Shown piece by piece: positions 63,319 through 64,000 of a stretch of DNA of 64,000 bases. The stretch's first letter is position 1, and each line of letters begins with the position of its first letter. Origin of the DNA: a virus; the IMG/VR virus record IMGVR_UViG_3300020180_000015, positions 1 to 64,000 of that record. The stretch is one strand, 5' to 3'. The position numbers and the translations under genes are program-made. Under the pieces are notes generated by a model. It ran no database searches and was not told where the DNA came from. It was given only the letters and a program-made list of their open reading frames with translations.

Positions 63319-63403
63319 CAACTTGACGGCGCCGCAAGCCATTCGGCGTGTCTGTTCAAACCCAAAGCCTCCGCGTACTCTGAAGTAAACGGAGGCTTTT
63401 TGT

Positions 63404-63871
63404 ATGCCTGATACAGGATGGCTTTGGGCACCGACTCATATCAGTGCGACGACGCTAGTCGGCACATCAACAAACGACATCGGCAACTATACGCGACAGT
63501 CGGATATGTCCGTCGGTAGGGATTGGCTACGCCCCGGCAACGCGGCGGACTTGATCGATGACGACGGCGAGGTTGTCGACGGCACGAACGGGTATCGGTT
63601 CGGTTACGGCGGGGCGGCGATCAAGTGGTCGCTTCACCTGCTCACGCCGAAGATGGTCGCGTATGTCTTAAGCACAAACTTTCCCGGCGGCGTGTGGTCA
63701 CACCCTGCAACGATTGCCGTGCCGTTCAGTCGATCCATCGGCGCATCGGCTAAGTATTACCAGTGCATCGCCACACGCACAAAGTTCAGCGAAGCCGAAC
63801 TCGTGGCGGGCGGTTTGGATGCGTGGGTTATCGAATTTAGCGACGTGGGTGAGATCGCAGCGCCGCCATAA
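63404..63871 (+). CDS. Putative distal tail protein
   Basis: Position immediately after TMP; size; C-terminal IEF.DV. Confidence 0.45.
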   Translation: MPDTGWLWAPTHISATTLVGTSTNDIGNYTRQSDMSVGRDWLRPGNAADLIDDDGEVVDGTNGYRFGYGGAAIKWSLHLLTPKMVAYVLSTNFPGGVWSHPATIAVPFSRSIGASAKYYQCIATRTKFSEAELVAGGLDAWVIEFSDVGEIAAPP

Positions 63872-64000
63872 GCAGTTCTTATGTCGGGACGGCTGATTAA
63901 ATTGGCGATTCTAGGGGGGTGATTATGGAACAGGGCATCACAGACGCACTTCGACACGCAGCGGCGAATTTCAGGCGGGTACTGCCGCAGCACGGGCTAT

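Noticed and set aside
1-64000. tRNA, rRNA, integrase and lysis genes
   Set aside because: None recognised by eye; they may lie outside the window. A tRNAscan run would be needed to exclude tRNAs.
1-64000. Alternative genetic code
   Set aside because: Core genes are intact under code 11 and use TAA, TAG and TGA as stops.

Overview
This 64 kb window is part of a tailed dsDNA phage genome with siphovirus-type morphogenesis genes. The host is probably a Chloroflexota (Anaerolineae-like) bacterium, inferred from the DnaN sequence and a DnaE-CTD-like domain. No integrase is seen, but a ParM/ParR-like partition pair suggests a phage-plasmid lifestyle. Layout: (1) 1-9.6 kb, minus strand: an array of small early genes built as cassettes, separated by 9 copies of a GNRA-hairpin leader and 3 copies of a terminator-promoter module. 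(2) 9.7-25.6 kb, minus strand: replication and modification genes, including an SF2 helicase, a phage beta-clamp, DnaB, an initiator with iterons, dUTPase and six DNA methyltransferases. (3) 26-37 kb: partition, regulatory and accessory genes. (4) 37-64 kb, plus strand: ParB-MTase, terminase, head polyproteins, a portal fused to a 2H phosphoesterase, a protease-scaffold-capsid fusion and tail genes. There are two best candidates for undescribed systems. (a) Five replication-region MTases carry C-terminal beta-clamp-binding-like motifs and are encoded near the phage's own clamp, suggesting fork-coupled methylation. (b) Head-region polyproteins and duplicated promoter+N-terminal-tag cassettes carry recurring [AGV][VIL]K|[AS] putative prohead-protease sites, suggesting a swappable capsid-loaded cargo system that includes a portal-borne Acb1-like domain. 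Three genome-wide DNA motifs and a candidate ncRNA were also read from the sequence: a 25-bp operator, a CGTGYC late-promoter box and a dispersed 23-bp palindrome. All functional calls come from motif recognition by eye; no database searches were run.
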